Shown: positions 46,019-56,894, counted from the stretch's first letter. The stretch is DNA of 64,000 bases from an uncultured Pseudomonadota bacterium (GCA_949298065.1 CASFUZ010000014.1:5395-69394); one strand, 5' to 3'. Numbers and translations are program-made. The notes: generated by a model from the sequence alone, not told the origin.

Positions 46019-47773
46019 TTACAGCTTAGGCCACTCCCCATGCACCAACTCTTCCAAACTTTCGCTCGGCTGCCCGAAACGCGCGTTATACATCCAAAAG
46101 TTCGCCAAAACACGCTCAATATAAATACGCGTCTGCCGCGAGGGGATAGCTTCAATAAACATCAGCGGATCATTACCATATTTCACCCGCTTCTGCCATT
46201 TATACAAATTTCCCGGCCCTGCATTATACGCCGTAGTCAGGAAAAATAAGTTATTACTGATAAAATCCTTTTCCATCAGGTAGTTTACATAGCGCTGCCC
46301 GGTTTCCAGATTATATTCTGTTTCAAACAAAGGCGTGGAATCTCTGCGCAAACGCTTGTCTTTGGTAACATAAGCCGCCGTGCTTGACAAAAGCTGCATT
46401 AAACCTTTAGCACCTGCTCCGCTCTGCGCCTTGGCATTAAAACCGGATTCTTGACGCACCAATGCCCAAACTAAAGCCCTGTCAACCTGCCACCCGTTTT
46501 TCGGCTCCCAGTCAGGGTCCGGATAAGCAATTCCGTCATAATAAATCTCGCGTTCATTATCTTTAATCAAATTAGATATACTAATCGCCAAAGCATGCAT
46601 ATTATATTGCTTGGCAATAAACAAAGCTGCTTCGCGTTGCTTTTCGTTCATTGCGTCCAAATCTGCGCGCAACTCTTTGGCCGCCAAATCAGGCTGTTTG
46701 GCATGTATCAAAACCAATGCACGCCGAATAGAAGGCGATGCCGTTAACTCACTAACCACGCCACAGTTACTGAAATCATTTAAGTATGGCACACTGTCCC
46801 AGTTATATTTGAGCGGATTACCCAAAGCATAGTTAGCCAACAAGCCATAAAATGTCCGCCGATATTTTGAGGCCATAGTCAAATATTTTTTGGCCTTTTT
46901 AGCATCGCCTATTTTGTCATAAGCCCGATAAGCCCAATAAGCTCCGGCCGAAATCAGCCATTCGTCATTATCATTTTTTGCCCCGAGCTTCCCAAAATTA
47001 ATGGCTGCTTCTCTAATTTTCCCTTGCCGCCAAAAAGCCAAACCTCTAAACCAAAGCCCGGTTGCATCTTGGCTGCGTCTGGCCGGTTTGGCGGACCACT
47101 CCAAAGCAAGTTTGTCCTGCCCGTCCAAAAAATAAAGAGTTGTCAGGGTTGCTGCCATCGCATCCCATTCTCTATCAGGAATTGCCATCCGCAAAGCCTT
47201 GTTCTGCAAAATCCTTTTGGCACGAAGCGTTTTGCCCTGATTAATATAACGCAAAAACTTATTCACATTCTGCCGCACAAGCTGACGTTTTGCCGGAGAT
47301 AAGTTTTCATAATCATTATTATACCAGCTATAAGGCGTTCGGTTAATTTTAGACAAGCTATCCGGTTTCATCAGCTCATCTTTATTGCCTTTTCTGGAAG
47401 CTAATCTATAAATACGCGGCGCTTGCGGATGGTCGCTGTAAAGCTCCAACCATTCCTTAAGCTCATCATAACTTGATTTATAAGTTTTGGATAAATATTT
47501 TTGCGCCAAGACATGACCCATCAAAATCTGATTTTCAACTTCATCAGATAAATCATCGGCTTCTTCTATATCTTCTTTCTCAATAGCTCTGAAAATTTTC
47601 TTATAAAGCGTAACATCATCTTTATCAATGGTCATTTCAGACAAGAGCTGATTATAGCAAGAACTGTCAATAACGCTTGTCGGTTCGGCTAAAACTTGAG
47701 AAGCACAACCGACCCCAACCATAAAAGCCAAACTTGCTAAAACGCTCTTGCGAAACACCGCCTCAAACCCCAA
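46019..47773 (-). CDS. soluble lytic transglycosylase (SLT domain)
   Basis: RQESGF, GAKGLMQL, AYNAGPGN, FIEAIP..TR.YIERV; signal peptide. Confidence 0.92.
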   Translation of the reverse strand: MGFEAVFRKSVLASLAFMVGVGCASQVLAEPTSVIDSSCYNQLLSEMTIDKDDVTLYKKIFRAIEKEDIEEADDLSDEVENQILMGHVLAQKYLSKTYKSSYDELKEWLELYSDHPQAPRIYRLASRKGNKDELMKPDSLSKINRTPYSWYNNDYENLSPAKRQLVRQNVNKFLRYINQGKTLRAKRILQNKALRMAIPDREWDAMAATLTTLYFLDGQDKLALEWSAKPARRSQDATGLWFRGLAFWRQGKIREAAINFGKLGAKNDNDEWLISAGAYWAYRAYDKIGDAKKAKKYLTMASKYRRTFYGLLANYALGNPLKYNWDSVPYLNDFSNCGVVSELTASPSIRRALVLIHAKQPDLAAKELRADLDAMNEKQREAALFIAKQYNMHALAISISNLIKDNEREIYYDGIAYPDPDWEPKNGWQVDRALVWALVRQESGFNAKAQSGAGAKGLMQLLSSTAAYVTKDKRLRRDSTPLFETEYNLETGQRYVNYLMEKDFISNNLFFLTTAYNAGPGNLYKWQKRVKYGNDPLMFIEAIPSRQTRIYIERVLANFWMYNARFGQPSESLEELVHGEWPKL

Positions 47774-47798
47774 GATTCAAAGTTACATTATTCAGCAA

Positions 47799-48500
47799 CT
47801 ATTGCTTTTTTAACCAACGAATTTTATTTGCGCAAGCGCTTTGAGATAAGCCTTTCGCACGACACCGATTAACAATCACATTGGGAATTTTATCCATAGA
47901 ATAACAACCATCCCCAACCAATGTATAATCAAAATATGTTTCAGTATTGGGTTCAACATCATTATAACTTAGGGTTGTTTCCATATTCGGCCATTTTAAA
48001 CGGAAGCTCAAATTATTAATATTATTATCTAGGGTATGCAAAACACTAAAGCGCACATCACACATAACCATACCACTCATTGTTTGGTTAATATTAAAAT
48101 CTTTATAAAACAAGAATATAAGGCTTTCCTCTTCCGTTTGTTTTTCACCAGGTCCATACACCCGACGAATAGCCGCGCCGGTACCGCGTTTACCTTTCAA
48201 AGATTGACTTAAAGCCTCCGCCGCATCTTTTTGCGCTTTCTGAGCTGCCAGAGCTGCATCTTTTTGAGCCTGAGCGCCGGTTTTATCAACATCCAAATCA
48301 GGCATCTGAGCATCCTTTTGCTGTACAGGAGCAGACCTCGGATTAGCCCAAGTATTATTAAATTTAGGTTTCGTATCCTGTTGTGTATCAGCAGTATAAG
48401 AAGTTGGCTCAGCAAACATTTGTGCCCTTGCACCGACAGGTTTCAAGCACAACAAAGCGGCAAATATAACACAAGCATTTTTTTTCCAACTTTTTGCCAT
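47799..48500 (-). CDS. exported hypothetical protein with a 4-Cys C-terminal domain
   Basis: Signal peptide ARA|Q, low-complexity linker, beta-rich domain. Confidence 0.75.
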   Translation of the reverse strand: MAKSWKKNACVIFAALLCLKPVGARAQMFAEPTSYTADTQQDTKPKFNNTWANPRSAPVQQKDAQMPDLDVDKTGAQAQKDAALAAQKAQKDAAEALSQSLKGKRGTGAAIRRVYGPGEKQTEEESLIFLFYKDFNINQTMSGMVMCDVRFSVLHTLDNNINNLSFRLKWPNMETTLSYNDVEPNTETYFDYTLVGDGCYSMDKIPNVIVNRCRAKGLSQSACANKIRWLKKQ

Positions 48501-48516
48501 ATTCCGCTCCCGACAA

Positions 48517-49257
48517 CTACTTAATTTCGGACAATGATTGTGTTAAAATATCTAAGCTTTTAACCGTTTGCTGATATTGTTCTTCCATTTCTTTTTCCTG
48601 ATTAGCTCTTTCTTTTACTTCAGCATTTTTCTTTGCGTCAAAAGAAATTTCTTGAAAACCGGTATAATATTCAGGATTATCCAAAGAGACAAAACTAAAC
48701 AAAGCATTACAGCTGTTATTAGACGACAAAGAAGAGCTGCCTGGAGCCTGCTTAACGACACAAGACCTAACTCTGATAGCCAAATCATCAAGCAACATAT
48801 AACAACGATCAGTTTTAACAGATTGTTTAACAGTCACTTGTTTATAAGACTTAACGGCCGGCATATTAACAGAAGCTGTCAATTGAGGAGGGTTTTGTTT
48901 CTGAGTATAAGAAAAACCGGCATCCACATCCTCGCCCTTAGACTTTTGGGCGGCGCTCTCTTCTTTTTCATTCTCAATCACAGATGTCAAGGAATTATCT
49001 TCCCAAGTCAAATCCAGCTGAGCACTGGAAATATCCTTCAAAGAGCGATTATAAAACGTAACATAAAAATCACAAGACGTAACGACATCCCCGTTCAAAG
49101 CTTTAATTGGGGTAATATCATGCACTTTAAACAAGATAGCCTCATCCTCTTCTTCGGCAACCGGAGCCGCATTATTCTTTTCTACTTGAGCATTAGCAAC
49201 ACCAGCCGCCAACATCAAAGCGGCAATTTCCAACCAAAATTTATTTTGAAATTTCAT
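48517..49257 (-). CDS. exported hypothetical protein with a 4-Cys domain
   Basis: Signal peptide ANA|Q, AGGA RBS, C-terminal coiled coil. Confidence 0.75.
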   Translation of the reverse strand: MKFQNKFWLEIAALMLAAGVANAQVEKNNAAPVAEEEDEAILFKVHDITPIKALNGDVVTSCDFYVTFYNRSLKDISSAQLDLTWEDNSLTSVIENEKEESAAQKSKGEDVDAGFSYTQKQNPPQLTASVNMPAVKSYKQVTVKQSVKTDRCYMLLDDLAIRVRSCVVKQAPGSSSLSSNNSCNALFSFVSLDNPEYYTGFQEISFDAKKNAEVKERANQEKEMEEQYQQTVKSLDILTQSLSEIK

Positions 49258-49355
49258 TGTCATATCCTTATATATTTACGTCTATAATCGGTATTTATCC
49301 AAATAATAATCCATTTATTTTAATTTACCAACAAATTATGAACAAAAGGATAACA

Positions 49356-50156
49356 TCATTGCATAAGTTTTTGTTTCATACGCAACAAATCTACCCAAGC
49401 TTTAGCTTTTTGAGCCGTATTTCTCAACAAATATGCCGGATGAAAACTAGCCAAAACCGGAATAATTTTACCTTTCGGAGTTTTATATTCCAACCACTTT
49501 CCACGCAAGCGAGAAATAGGCTCTTCATTATCCAAAAGCGCGTTAGCCGCACTTCCACCCAAGACGACAATAACATCAGGCTCAATCAGCTCAATCTGTC
49601 TTTTCAAAAACGGTAAACAAACCGCAATTTCACCATCTGTCGGCGTACGGTTCCCTGGCGGCCGCCAAGGCAAAACATTTGTAATATAGCAAGAGTTCCT
49701 ATCCATTCCGACAGCTTGCAGCATTTTATCCAAGAGATGCCCGCTTCTGCCGACAAAAGGCAAACCGATTCTGTCCTCGTCCGCCCCCGGAGCTTCGCCG
49801 ATAAGCATAACTTTTGAATTTGGATTTCCGCCGCCGAACACGGTTTTATTGGCGGTTAGTTTCAAAGCACAACCATCAAAGCTCTCAACCAAACGCTTAA
49901 GCTCGTCCAAAGAGCTCACTTCTGAACAAATATCTCTGGCATTTTTGCAAGCAGAAATTGTGGCCTGAGCCAAATCCGTTGTTGCGGCTCTGGGCTTGGT
50001 GCTATCTTCGGCTCTGGTCGTTAACATAGGCTTAGGAGGCTCAACCACCTTTGGTTTAGGTGCTTCAAGTCCAAACGGAACTTCACCGAAAGTTTCATCA
50101 ACTCCGGCGGTAACATACCATTCCAAAATTTGTCTTATATTCAAATTATCTTCCAT
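49356..50156 (-). CDS. uracil-DNA glycosylase family 4
   Basis: GEAPGADED..G.PFVGRSG.LL, NVLPWRPPGNRTP, FHPAYLLR. Confidence 0.95.
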   Translation of the reverse strand: MEDNLNIRQILEWYVTAGVDETFGEVPFGLEAPKPKVVEPPKPMLTTRAEDSTKPRAATTDLAQATISACKNARDICSEVSSLDELKRLVESFDGCALKLTANKTVFGGGNPNSKVMLIGEAPGADEDRIGLPFVGRSGHLLDKMLQAVGMDRNSCYITNVLPWRPPGNRTPTDGEIAVCLPFLKRQIELIEPDVIVVLGGSAANALLDNEEPISRLRGKWLEYKTPKGKIIPVLASFHPAYLLRNTAQKAKAWVDLLRMKQKLMQ

Positions 50157-50336
50157 AATTCTACAAATTAAAGCAAATCAAAATATTTTCAAGAACAAAC
50201 CTCGTGTTATGATATAAATTATTTATTTACACACTATATGTATAATCTTGAAATTGTTATTGTATGATTTTAAAATTTATATAGAATATTCAGAGATTTT
50301 AGGCAGATTCCTAAAATAAACGGGAAATAATTGGTT

Positions 50337-52127
50337 ATGGCAAAATTTGGCTACATATTCGCTTTCATTTTCGGCTTTGTTCTGTTCAACTCTTGCACCA
50401 AGCAAGCAGAGCTTACCTCCTCTCCGCAAACCGAAAACTTTATTCTTAAAGACACAAAGCTCAAAAAATCTTATGGTGCATATCTGGCCGGACGCGTAGC
50501 CCACTTGCGCAAAAACTTCAATGTTGCCGCGGATTATTATATGGAAGCCCTAAGTGAAGACCCTGAGAACAAAGAGCTTTTAGGACGAGTTTATGTCATT
50601 TTGGCTTCCAAAGGGCGCATTTCCGAAGCGGCCAAATATGCCGAGATTTCACTCAAAAAGGGCGACAAAAACAACTTCACCTATATCATTATGGCTGTTG
50701 ATGAAATGAAAAAAGGCAATTTTGCCGAGGTCAACGAAACCATTAACCAGTTGGACGGTCCGGTTTATAAAGAATTTATCATTCCGCTGATGTCCGCTTG
50801 GGCTTATGCCGGTCTTAATCAGCCGGAAAAAGCACTTAAAACTTTGTCTGTTTTAGACAAAGAGCCAAGTTTTCGCGCATTGTATCATTTCCATGCCGGC
50901 ATGATTAATGATTATTTTGACCGCACGGATGAAGCACGCCGCAATTACGAAATTATTGTCAATGATGAGAACATGGAAATGTCTTTCCGTGCCTTACAAG
51001 TCATTACCAACTTTTACATTCGCAACGGCGAAAAAGACAAAGCCGTCAAGCTAACTACTCATTATACGGATGAAAAACTTTTGGCCGATATGCTCAACAA
51101 ATTGGCCAAGAATGTACGCAAAGCCAAGCCCGAAAAGACAACAAAGATTGTCAATGACCCCAACATTGGTATGTCTGAGGCCCTGTTTAGCATTGCCGCG
51201 ACTTTAAGACAAGGCAGTTCCGGCATAGACTTAGCCCATATTTTCATCAGCCTTTCCATTTATGCCAACCCCAAATATGACCTAGCCAAACTCTTGTTGG
51301 CAGATATTTTGGAAAGCCGCGAAATGTATGCCGAAGCCAACAGCATTTATGACGAGATTAATGAAACCTCGGAAGCTTATTATTCAGCTCAGGTCAAAAA
51401 AGCCGGAAATCTGGTCATTTTGCAAGATTATGCCTCCGCAGAATTATTACTCAAATCTCTGGCATTAGAAACAGCCAATAACTACCAATTATTATTGGAT
51501 TTAGGCGATGTTTTGCGTATCCGTAACAAACATGACGAAGCCATCACCTATTATCAGGAAGCTCTAAAGGACCTGCCCAAAATTGAAAATCAGCACTGGG
51601 TTTTATTCTATGCCTTAGGTATCTCCTATGACAGCATAGGCGAATGGGACAAAGCCGAAGAGAACTTTCGCAAAGCCTTAGAACTAAGTCAAAACCATTA
51701 TCTTGTCCTAAACTTTTTGGGCTATAGCTTGCTTAAGCACGGCAAAAACACGGATGAAGCTTTTGGTATGATTGTAGATGCCTACAACCAACTTCCCAAT
51801 GACGGACATATAACCGACAGCTTGGGTTGGGCTTTTTATCGTCTGGGTAAATATGACCAAGCAATAGAATATTTGGAAAAGGCAGCAGAGCTTGTTCCGT
51901 CCAACGCGCTCATCTGCGACCACTTAGGTGATGCTTACTGGTTTGGCGGCAGGAAGAACGAAGCCATTTTCCAATGGAACCATGCCCTGATTTTGGAAGA
52001 CGAAACCAATGAGATTGATAAAGAAGCCGTCCGCCAAAAACTTTCTTCCCGAAAGGTAGAAAACAAGGTTCTGCCTTATACAAAAGAAGTTGTTGAAAAA
52101 AAGATTAGCGAAATCACTAATGAATAA
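50337..52127 (+). CDS. TPR lipoprotein (alphaproteobacterial envelope type)
   Basis: Lipobox FNSC, GAYLAGR, LNFLGYS, DSLGWA.YRLG, DHLGDAYW..GR..EA.FQW. Confidence 0.88.
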   Translation: MAKFGYIFAFIFGFVLFNSCTKQAELTSSPQTENFILKDTKLKKSYGAYLAGRVAHLRKNFNVAADYYMEALSEDPENKELLGRVYVILASKGRISEAAKYAEISLKKGDKNNFTYIIMAVDEMKKGNFAEVNETINQLDGPVYKEFIIPLMSAWAYAGLNQPEKALKTLSVLDKEPSFRALYHFHAGMINDYFDRTDEARRNYEIIVNDENMEMSFRALQVITNFYIRNGEKDKAVKLTTHYTDEKLLADMLNKLAKNVRKAKPEKTTKIVNDPNIGMSEALFSIAATLRQGSSGIDLAHIFISLSIYANPKYDLAKLLLADILESREMYAEANSIYDEINETSEAYYSAQVKKAGNLVILQDYASAELLLKSLALETANNYQLLLDLGDVLRIRNKHDEAITYYQEALKDLPKIENQHWVLFYALGISYDSIGEWDKAEENFRKALELSQNHYLVLNFLGYSLLKHGKNTDEAFGMIVDAYNQLPNDGHITDSLGWAFYRLGKYDQAIEYLEKAAELVPSNALICDHLGDAYWFGGRKNEAIFQWNHALILEDETNEIDKEAVRQKLSSRKVENKVLPYTKEVVEKKISEITNE

Positions 52128-52153
52128 AAAAACTTTTTAACCAGACTTAAAAA

Positions 52154-52181
52154 TAAAGCCCTCTTTGAAAGAGGGCTTTAT
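52154..52181. terminator. bidirectional terminator
   Basis: TAAAGCCCTCTT-TGA-AAGAGGGCTTTA. Confidence 0.8.
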
Positions 52182-52195
52182 CATTTCAGAAAAAC

Positions 52196-54583
52196 CTATT
52201 GCCTGAGCTCGGCATTACATTTTTTCTTCATCTCCTGAATAACCTTATTCATCAGATTTTCAATATCCTGATCCGTAAAGGTCTTGTCTTTCGGTTGGAA
52301 GGTCAAAGCCAAAGCAATAGACTTCTTACCTTCCGGCAGATTTTCGCCTTCATACACGTCAAAGACACGCACATCTGCAATAAATTCTCTGTCTGCGGTC
52401 TTGGCTGCCGTCATCAAATTGATGGCAGGAACGGTCTTGTCAACCACAAAAGCCAAATCCTTATCTACGGGTTGGAATGAAGACAATTCAAGTTTTTTCT
52501 TAGCTTTGTCATTGCTTGTTCTCGGCAACGGAATATTGCTCAAAACAACTTCAAAAGCCATAACCCGCTGTTTGATACCAAACTTCTTTAAGACAGCCGG
52601 ATGAAGTTCTCCGAAATAAGCCAACACGTTTTTACCCAAACGCAAAGCCCCCGAACGTCCCGGATGATAATAAGACGGCGCATCTAAGGTAATCTGCGCA
52701 TTTTCAAACGGACCGTTCGCTGCCGCGATTGCCGCCAAAGCATCAGCCTTAACATCAAACACATCATAAGCCCGCGCCGAACCATTCCAGTCTTTCTTAG
52801 AGGTCATGCCGCAACGAACCCCTGCGGCAACCTGATTTTGTTCTCCGGGTTTACGACCGAAGAACTCCGGCCCCACCTCAAACAAAGCCACATTACCATA
52901 TCCTCGGGCAGCATTGTTCTTTACAGCCAACAATAAATTTGGCAAAAGTGATGGCCGCATCTCATCCAAATCAGCGGCAATCGGGTTAAATAGTAAAACA
53001 GGCTCTTTACCTTTACGGAAATCTTTTGCCAGATTTGAATCGGTAAAGCTCCAAGTAACCGTTTCATACATACCGCGAGAAGCCAACTCATGCTTCAACG
53101 TAACGGCACGGCGCTGTGCCGAAGACAATACCTGTTTGGGGAACTTTCCATGCGGCAAAGATTCAGGCTCAATCGCATCCAAACCAATCATCCGCACAAC
53201 TTCTTCAACCAAGTCATGCTCACCCTCAATATCCCCGCGCCATGTTGGGGAGATTGCCTTAATTTTGTCGTTTTCTTCGCTGGTTACAAAGCCCAAATGA
53301 TTCAAAATCTCAACAATTTTTTCTTTACTTACTTCCATACCGATTAAATCTTTAATCCGGCTCGGACGAATATAAGCAACTCTTTGCTCATTAGGCTCAC
53401 TTCCGGCAACAACCACTTCGGAAGCCTCACCGCCGCAAATTTCCAAAATCATCTGCGTTGCATAGTCAGAACCTAAAATATTAGATTTCGGATCAACCCA
53501 ACGCTCATAACGATATCTGGAATCAGAATCAATGGCAAACTTGCGTCCCGTGCGGGCAATGCATTCCGGCGTAAACAAAGCGCACTCCAAAAAGACATTG
53601 GTCGTATCATCACTGCAGCCTTTTTCGGCACCGCCCATAATACCGCCCAAGCATTGTACACCTTCATCATCGCAGATTCCGAGAGATTTGTTATCCAAGG
53701 CATATTCCTTTTCTTCCAAGGATACGAATTTTTCGCCCTCTTTAGCCATTCTGACCACAATATCGCCTTTGAGTTTGTCGGCATCAAAAACATGCAACGG
53801 ACGCGCCATATCATAATTGATATAGTTGGTAATATCCACCAACGGCGAAATTGGGCGCAGGCCGATAGCTGTTAAACGGTCTTTCATCCACTTCGGCGTT
53901 TCGGCTTTATTATTAACATTTTTAATATATCTGCCGACATAAACCGGACAAACGTCAAAATCTTCAATTTTTACATTAATTGGGCTCTTGAACTTACCGT
54001 CAGTCTTAGAAATTTTCAAAGGCTTAAGTGTTCCAAGGCCAGCTGCGGCCAAATCACGAGCCACACCGCGTACACCCAAACATTCAGCACGGTTAGGCGT
54101 AATATTAATCTCAATCACGGGGTCAATATTCAAAATCTCTGCTGCCGGAAGACCGACTTTGGTGTCTGCTGGCAGTTCAATAATTCCCGTATGATCTTCG
54201 CCGACACCGAGCTCTTTTTCTGAGCACATCATACCGAAGCTCTCCACACCGCGGATTTTGCCAACCTTCAACTCTTCACCATAGCAAGGAATAACCACGC
54301 CAACGGGTGCAAAAATACCTTTCAAACCTTGCTTGCAGTTTGGTGCACCGCAAACAACCTGCAGCTTCTCCTTACCGGTATTAACCGTCAACAAACCCAA
54401 GTGGTCTGAATTCGGGTGTCTTTCATAAGTTTCAACTTCTGCTGTAATAAAACCGTCTAACTTACTGGCAGGATTGAATATTTCCTCAACTTCTAAGCCG
54501 ATTTTTGTCAGCGTCTCAGCAATTTCATCCACCGAGGCTGTTGTATCCAAATGTTCTTTCAACCACGAAATAGAAAATTTCAT
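52196..54583 (-). CDS. pheT: phenylalanine-tRNA ligase beta subunit
   Basis: MKFSISWL, VVCGAPN, RGVESFGM, TPNRAECL, VDITNY, MRPSLL, FDX-ACB C-terminus. Confidence 0.97.
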   Translation of the reverse strand: MKFSISWLKEHLDTTASVDEIAETLTKIGLEVEEIFNPASKLDGFITAEVETYERHPNSDHLGLLTVNTGKEKLQVVCGAPNCKQGLKGIFAPVGVVIPCYGEELKVGKIRGVESFGMMCSEKELGVGEDHTGIIELPADTKVGLPAAEILNIDPVIEINITPNRAECLGVRGVARDLAAAGLGTLKPLKISKTDGKFKSPINVKIEDFDVCPVYVGRYIKNVNNKAETPKWMKDRLTAIGLRPISPLVDITNYINYDMARPLHVFDADKLKGDIVVRMAKEGEKFVSLEEKEYALDNKSLGICDDEGVQCLGGIMGGAEKGCSDDTTNVFLECALFTPECIARTGRKFAIDSDSRYRYERWVDPKSNILGSDYATQMILEICGGEASEVVVAGSEPNEQRVAYIRPSRIKDLIGMEVSKEKIVEILNHLGFVTSEENDKIKAISPTWRGDIEGEHDLVEEVVRMIGLDAIEPESLPHGKFPKQVLSSAQRRAVTLKHELASRGMYETVTWSFTDSNLAKDFRKGKEPVLLFNPIAADLDEMRPSLLPNLLLAVKNNAARGYGNVALFEVGPEFFGRKPGEQNQVAAGVRCGMTSKKDWNGSARAYDVFDVKADALAAIAAANGPFENAQITLDAPSYYHPGRSGALRLGKNVLAYFGELHPAVLKKFGIKQRVMAFEVVLSNIPLPRTSNDKAKKKLELSSFQPVDKDLAFVVDKTVPAINLMTAAKTADREFIADVRVFDVYEGENLPEGKKSIALALTFQPKDKTFTDQDIENLMNKVIQEMKKKCNAELRQ

Positions 54584-55683
54584 CTTGCCAATCCTCCGTT
54601 ATTACTCAAACCGCCTGTCATTGAAGACTCATCCAACGGCAAAAATCCATAATGCTTCAACCAACGCACATCCGATTCAAAGAACGTGCGCAAATCCGGA
54701 ATACCATATTTCAGCATAGCCAATCTGTCTAAGCCCATACCAAACGCAAATCCCTGATACTCATCGGGGTCAATACCTCCGGCACGCAAAACATTCGGAT
54801 GCACCATACCGCAGCCCAAAATCTCCAACCAATCTGTTCCGGCACCGATTTTGAGCTCATTTTTGGTCTTCAAACAACCAATATCCATTTCTGCCGAAGG
54901 CTCCGTAAACGGAAAATATGACGGACGATACCGAACCGGAATCTCATCCAACTCAAAAAAGGCCTTCACAAAATCATACAAACAACCTTTCAGATGCGCC
55001 ATAGTTGTCGTCTTATCAATAACCAAACCCTCAACTTGGTGGAACATTGGGGTATGAGTTGCATCATAGTCTGAACGATATGTGCGTCCCGGCGCAATAA
55101 TACGGATCGGTAACGGATGATTTTCCATTGTTCTGATTTGCACCGGCGAAGTATGCGTTCTGACCACAAAACTATCATCTTTATCATCGCTGTCAGGATT
55201 CGGAATATAAAAAGTATCCTGCATTTGGCGTGCCGGATGGTTGGCCGGCATATTCAAAGCATTAAAATTGTGGAACTGGTCCTCAATATCCGGACCTTCG
55301 GCAACTTCAAATCCCATCTCGCCGAAAATAGCCACAACTTCTTCATAAATTTTGCTAACCGGATGAATGCGACCTTGTTGTTCCGGTCTAATCGGCAAAG
55401 TAACATCAATTCTTTCTGCGGCCAACTTTGCTTCCAATTCTTTTGTGGCCAACTCTTCCTTTTTGGCATCCAAAGCTTTTTCCACATCAGACTTCAAGAT
55501 ATTAAGGCTTTTGCCCATTTCCTTTTTCTCTTCAACGGAAAGTCCGCCCAAGTTTTTCATCAACTCGGTAATTTTGCCTTTTTTACCCAAAACGGCAACG
55601 CGCACCTCTTCCAAAGACTTCATATCCGAGGCTTTTTCCACCTCAGCCAGAAGCTCTTTTTTCAAATCATCCATATTTTCCAT
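54580..55683 (-). CDS. pheS: phenylalanine-tRNA ligase alpha subunit
   Basis: HPARQMQDTFY, RTHTSPVQ, HTPMFHQVEG, YFPFTEPS, FAFGMG.DR. Confidence 0.98.
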   Translation of the reverse strand: MENMDDLKKELLAEVEKASDMKSLEEVRVAVLGKKGKITELMKNLGGLSVEEKKEMGKSLNILKSDVEKALDAKKEELATKELEAKLAAERIDVTLPIRPEQQGRIHPVSKIYEEVVAIFGEMGFEVAEGPDIEDQFHNFNALNMPANHPARQMQDTFYIPNPDSDDKDDSFVVRTHTSPVQIRTMENHPLPIRIIAPGRTYRSDYDATHTPMFHQVEGLVIDKTTTMAHLKGCLYDFVKAFFELDEIPVRYRPSYFPFTEPSAEMDIGCLKTKNELKIGAGTDWLEILGCGMVHPNVLRAGGIDPDEYQGFAFGMGLDRLAMLKYGIPDLRTFFESDVRWLKHYGFLPLDESSMTGGLSNNGGLAR

Positions 55684-55807
55684 ATTTCCACCTAAATATT
55701 AAACTCTAACTTTAACTTTTTAAAATTTCTGTCTGAATTTAAAATAATAAAGAGTTAACCCGAAAAACGAGGTCAACTCTTTATATAAAATGCTTTTACA
55801 AAGTAGA

Positions 55808-56167
55808 TTACTTGCTCAAAGCGCTTTTTGCTTGTTCAACCAATTTGGCGAAGTTTGCAGGCTCTTTCAAAGCAATATCAGCAAGGACTTTTCGGTCGAG
55901 TTCAATGCCGGCTTTGTTAAGCCCGCTGATAAATCGCGAATAAGTCATATCATGCAAACGAGTAGCGGCGTTGATGCGTTGAATCCACAAAGAACGGAAA
56001 TTTCTCTTCTTTGCTCTTCTGTCGCGATAAGCATATTGCAATGCTTTTTCAACTTTTTCAACGGCAACTCTGAAAACGTTTTTATTACGACCTCTGTAAC
56101 CTTTGGCCATATCCAGAATTTTCTTGTGGCGTGCGTGAGCAACTACGCCTCTTTTAACGCGAGACAT
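55808..56167 (-). CDS. rplT: 50S ribosomal protein L20
   Basis: [31 protein letters not shown]. Confidence 0.98.
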   Translation of the reverse strand: MSRVKRGVVAHARHKKILDMAKGYRGRNKNVFRVAVEKVEKALQYAYRDRRAKKRNFRSLWIQRINAATRLHDMTYSRFISGLNKAGIELDRKVLADIALKEPANFAKLVEQAKSALSK

Positions 56168-56179
56168 CTAAATTTCCTC

Positions 56180-56377
56180 CTACAAATAAGGTAAAAACTG
56201 TTTAACAATCTTGGTATCAGACTCAGACAACAGAGTAGTACCGCGAGCTTGTCTTTTCATTTTTTGTGTTTTGCAGAAGAGGCAGTGTCTCTTTTTTGCA
56301 AAGTTTCTTTTCAATTTGCCGGTTCCGGTAACACCGAAGCGTTTTTTAACGGAACTCTTAGTTTTCAACTTAGGCAT
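56180..56377 (-). CDS. rpmI: 50S ribosomal protein L35
   Basis: [22 protein letters not shown] end. Confidence 0.97.
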   Translation of the reverse strand: MPKLKTKSSVKKRFGVTGTGKLKRNFAKKRHCLFCKTQKMKRQARGTTLLSESDTKIVKQFLPYL

Positions 56378-56465
56378 TTTGCTTCCTTTCAATAAAGTTA
56401 TTATTTGGATGCTTTACGAGCATTCAGGCATGCCATACCAGCTCTGCAATGCTCAAAACAAGAGC

Positions 56466-56494
56466 GTTATACACTCAAGATTCCTATTTTGCAA
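56466..56494 (-). promoter_or_regulatory. sigma-70 promoter of rpmI-rplT
   Basis: TTGCAA-17 bp-TATAAC on the minus strand. Confidence 0.6.
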
Positions 56495-56518
56495 GCACTT
56501 TTTTAGCTCTTTTGTTTT

Positions 56519-56875
56519 CTAATAATAAATTCCTTCATTATCATCACGTTGTTTACGAACAAAATCAGCCAATTCGGCGCTTGAAAGAAAACCGTCTTCA
56601 TCCGTATCGGCAGCTTTAAACTGTTGTTCGGGAGACATATAAAAACCCTCTTTCTTGGCACGACGCACATTTCTTCTTTCATCCCGACCATAATTTGCCA
56701 CTTTGCGCTTAAATTCATCCAAAGAGAGTTTTCCATCTCTGTCTGCATCCAGCTCATTCATCTGCCAATTAGCAATTTTATCGGAGCGAGATACGATTCC
56801 TTCCGGAGCATTATACTTTGCTTCTGCCTCGCAAACAAAAGCCATCACAAACAACAAAGCCACTATTTTTTTCAT
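56519..56875 (-). CDS. exported EF-hand protein
   Basis: GGAGG RBS, signal peptide, loops DADRDGKLSLDE and DTDEDGFLSSAE. Confidence 0.85.
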   Translation of the reverse strand: MKKIVALLFVMAFVCEAEAKYNAPEGIVSRSDKIANWQMNELDADRDGKLSLDEFKRKVANYGRDERRNVRRAKKEGFYMSPEQQFKAADTDEDGFLSSAELADFVRKQRDDNEGIYY

Positions 56876-56894
56876 TTCCAAGCCTCCTTGTTTT

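Noticed and set aside
48568..49287. Long antisense ORFs (also 26455-27093, 55117-55695, 2065-2592, 44247-44750)
   Set aside because: They are shadows of well-supported opposite-strand genes, with no RBS or recognisable motifs.
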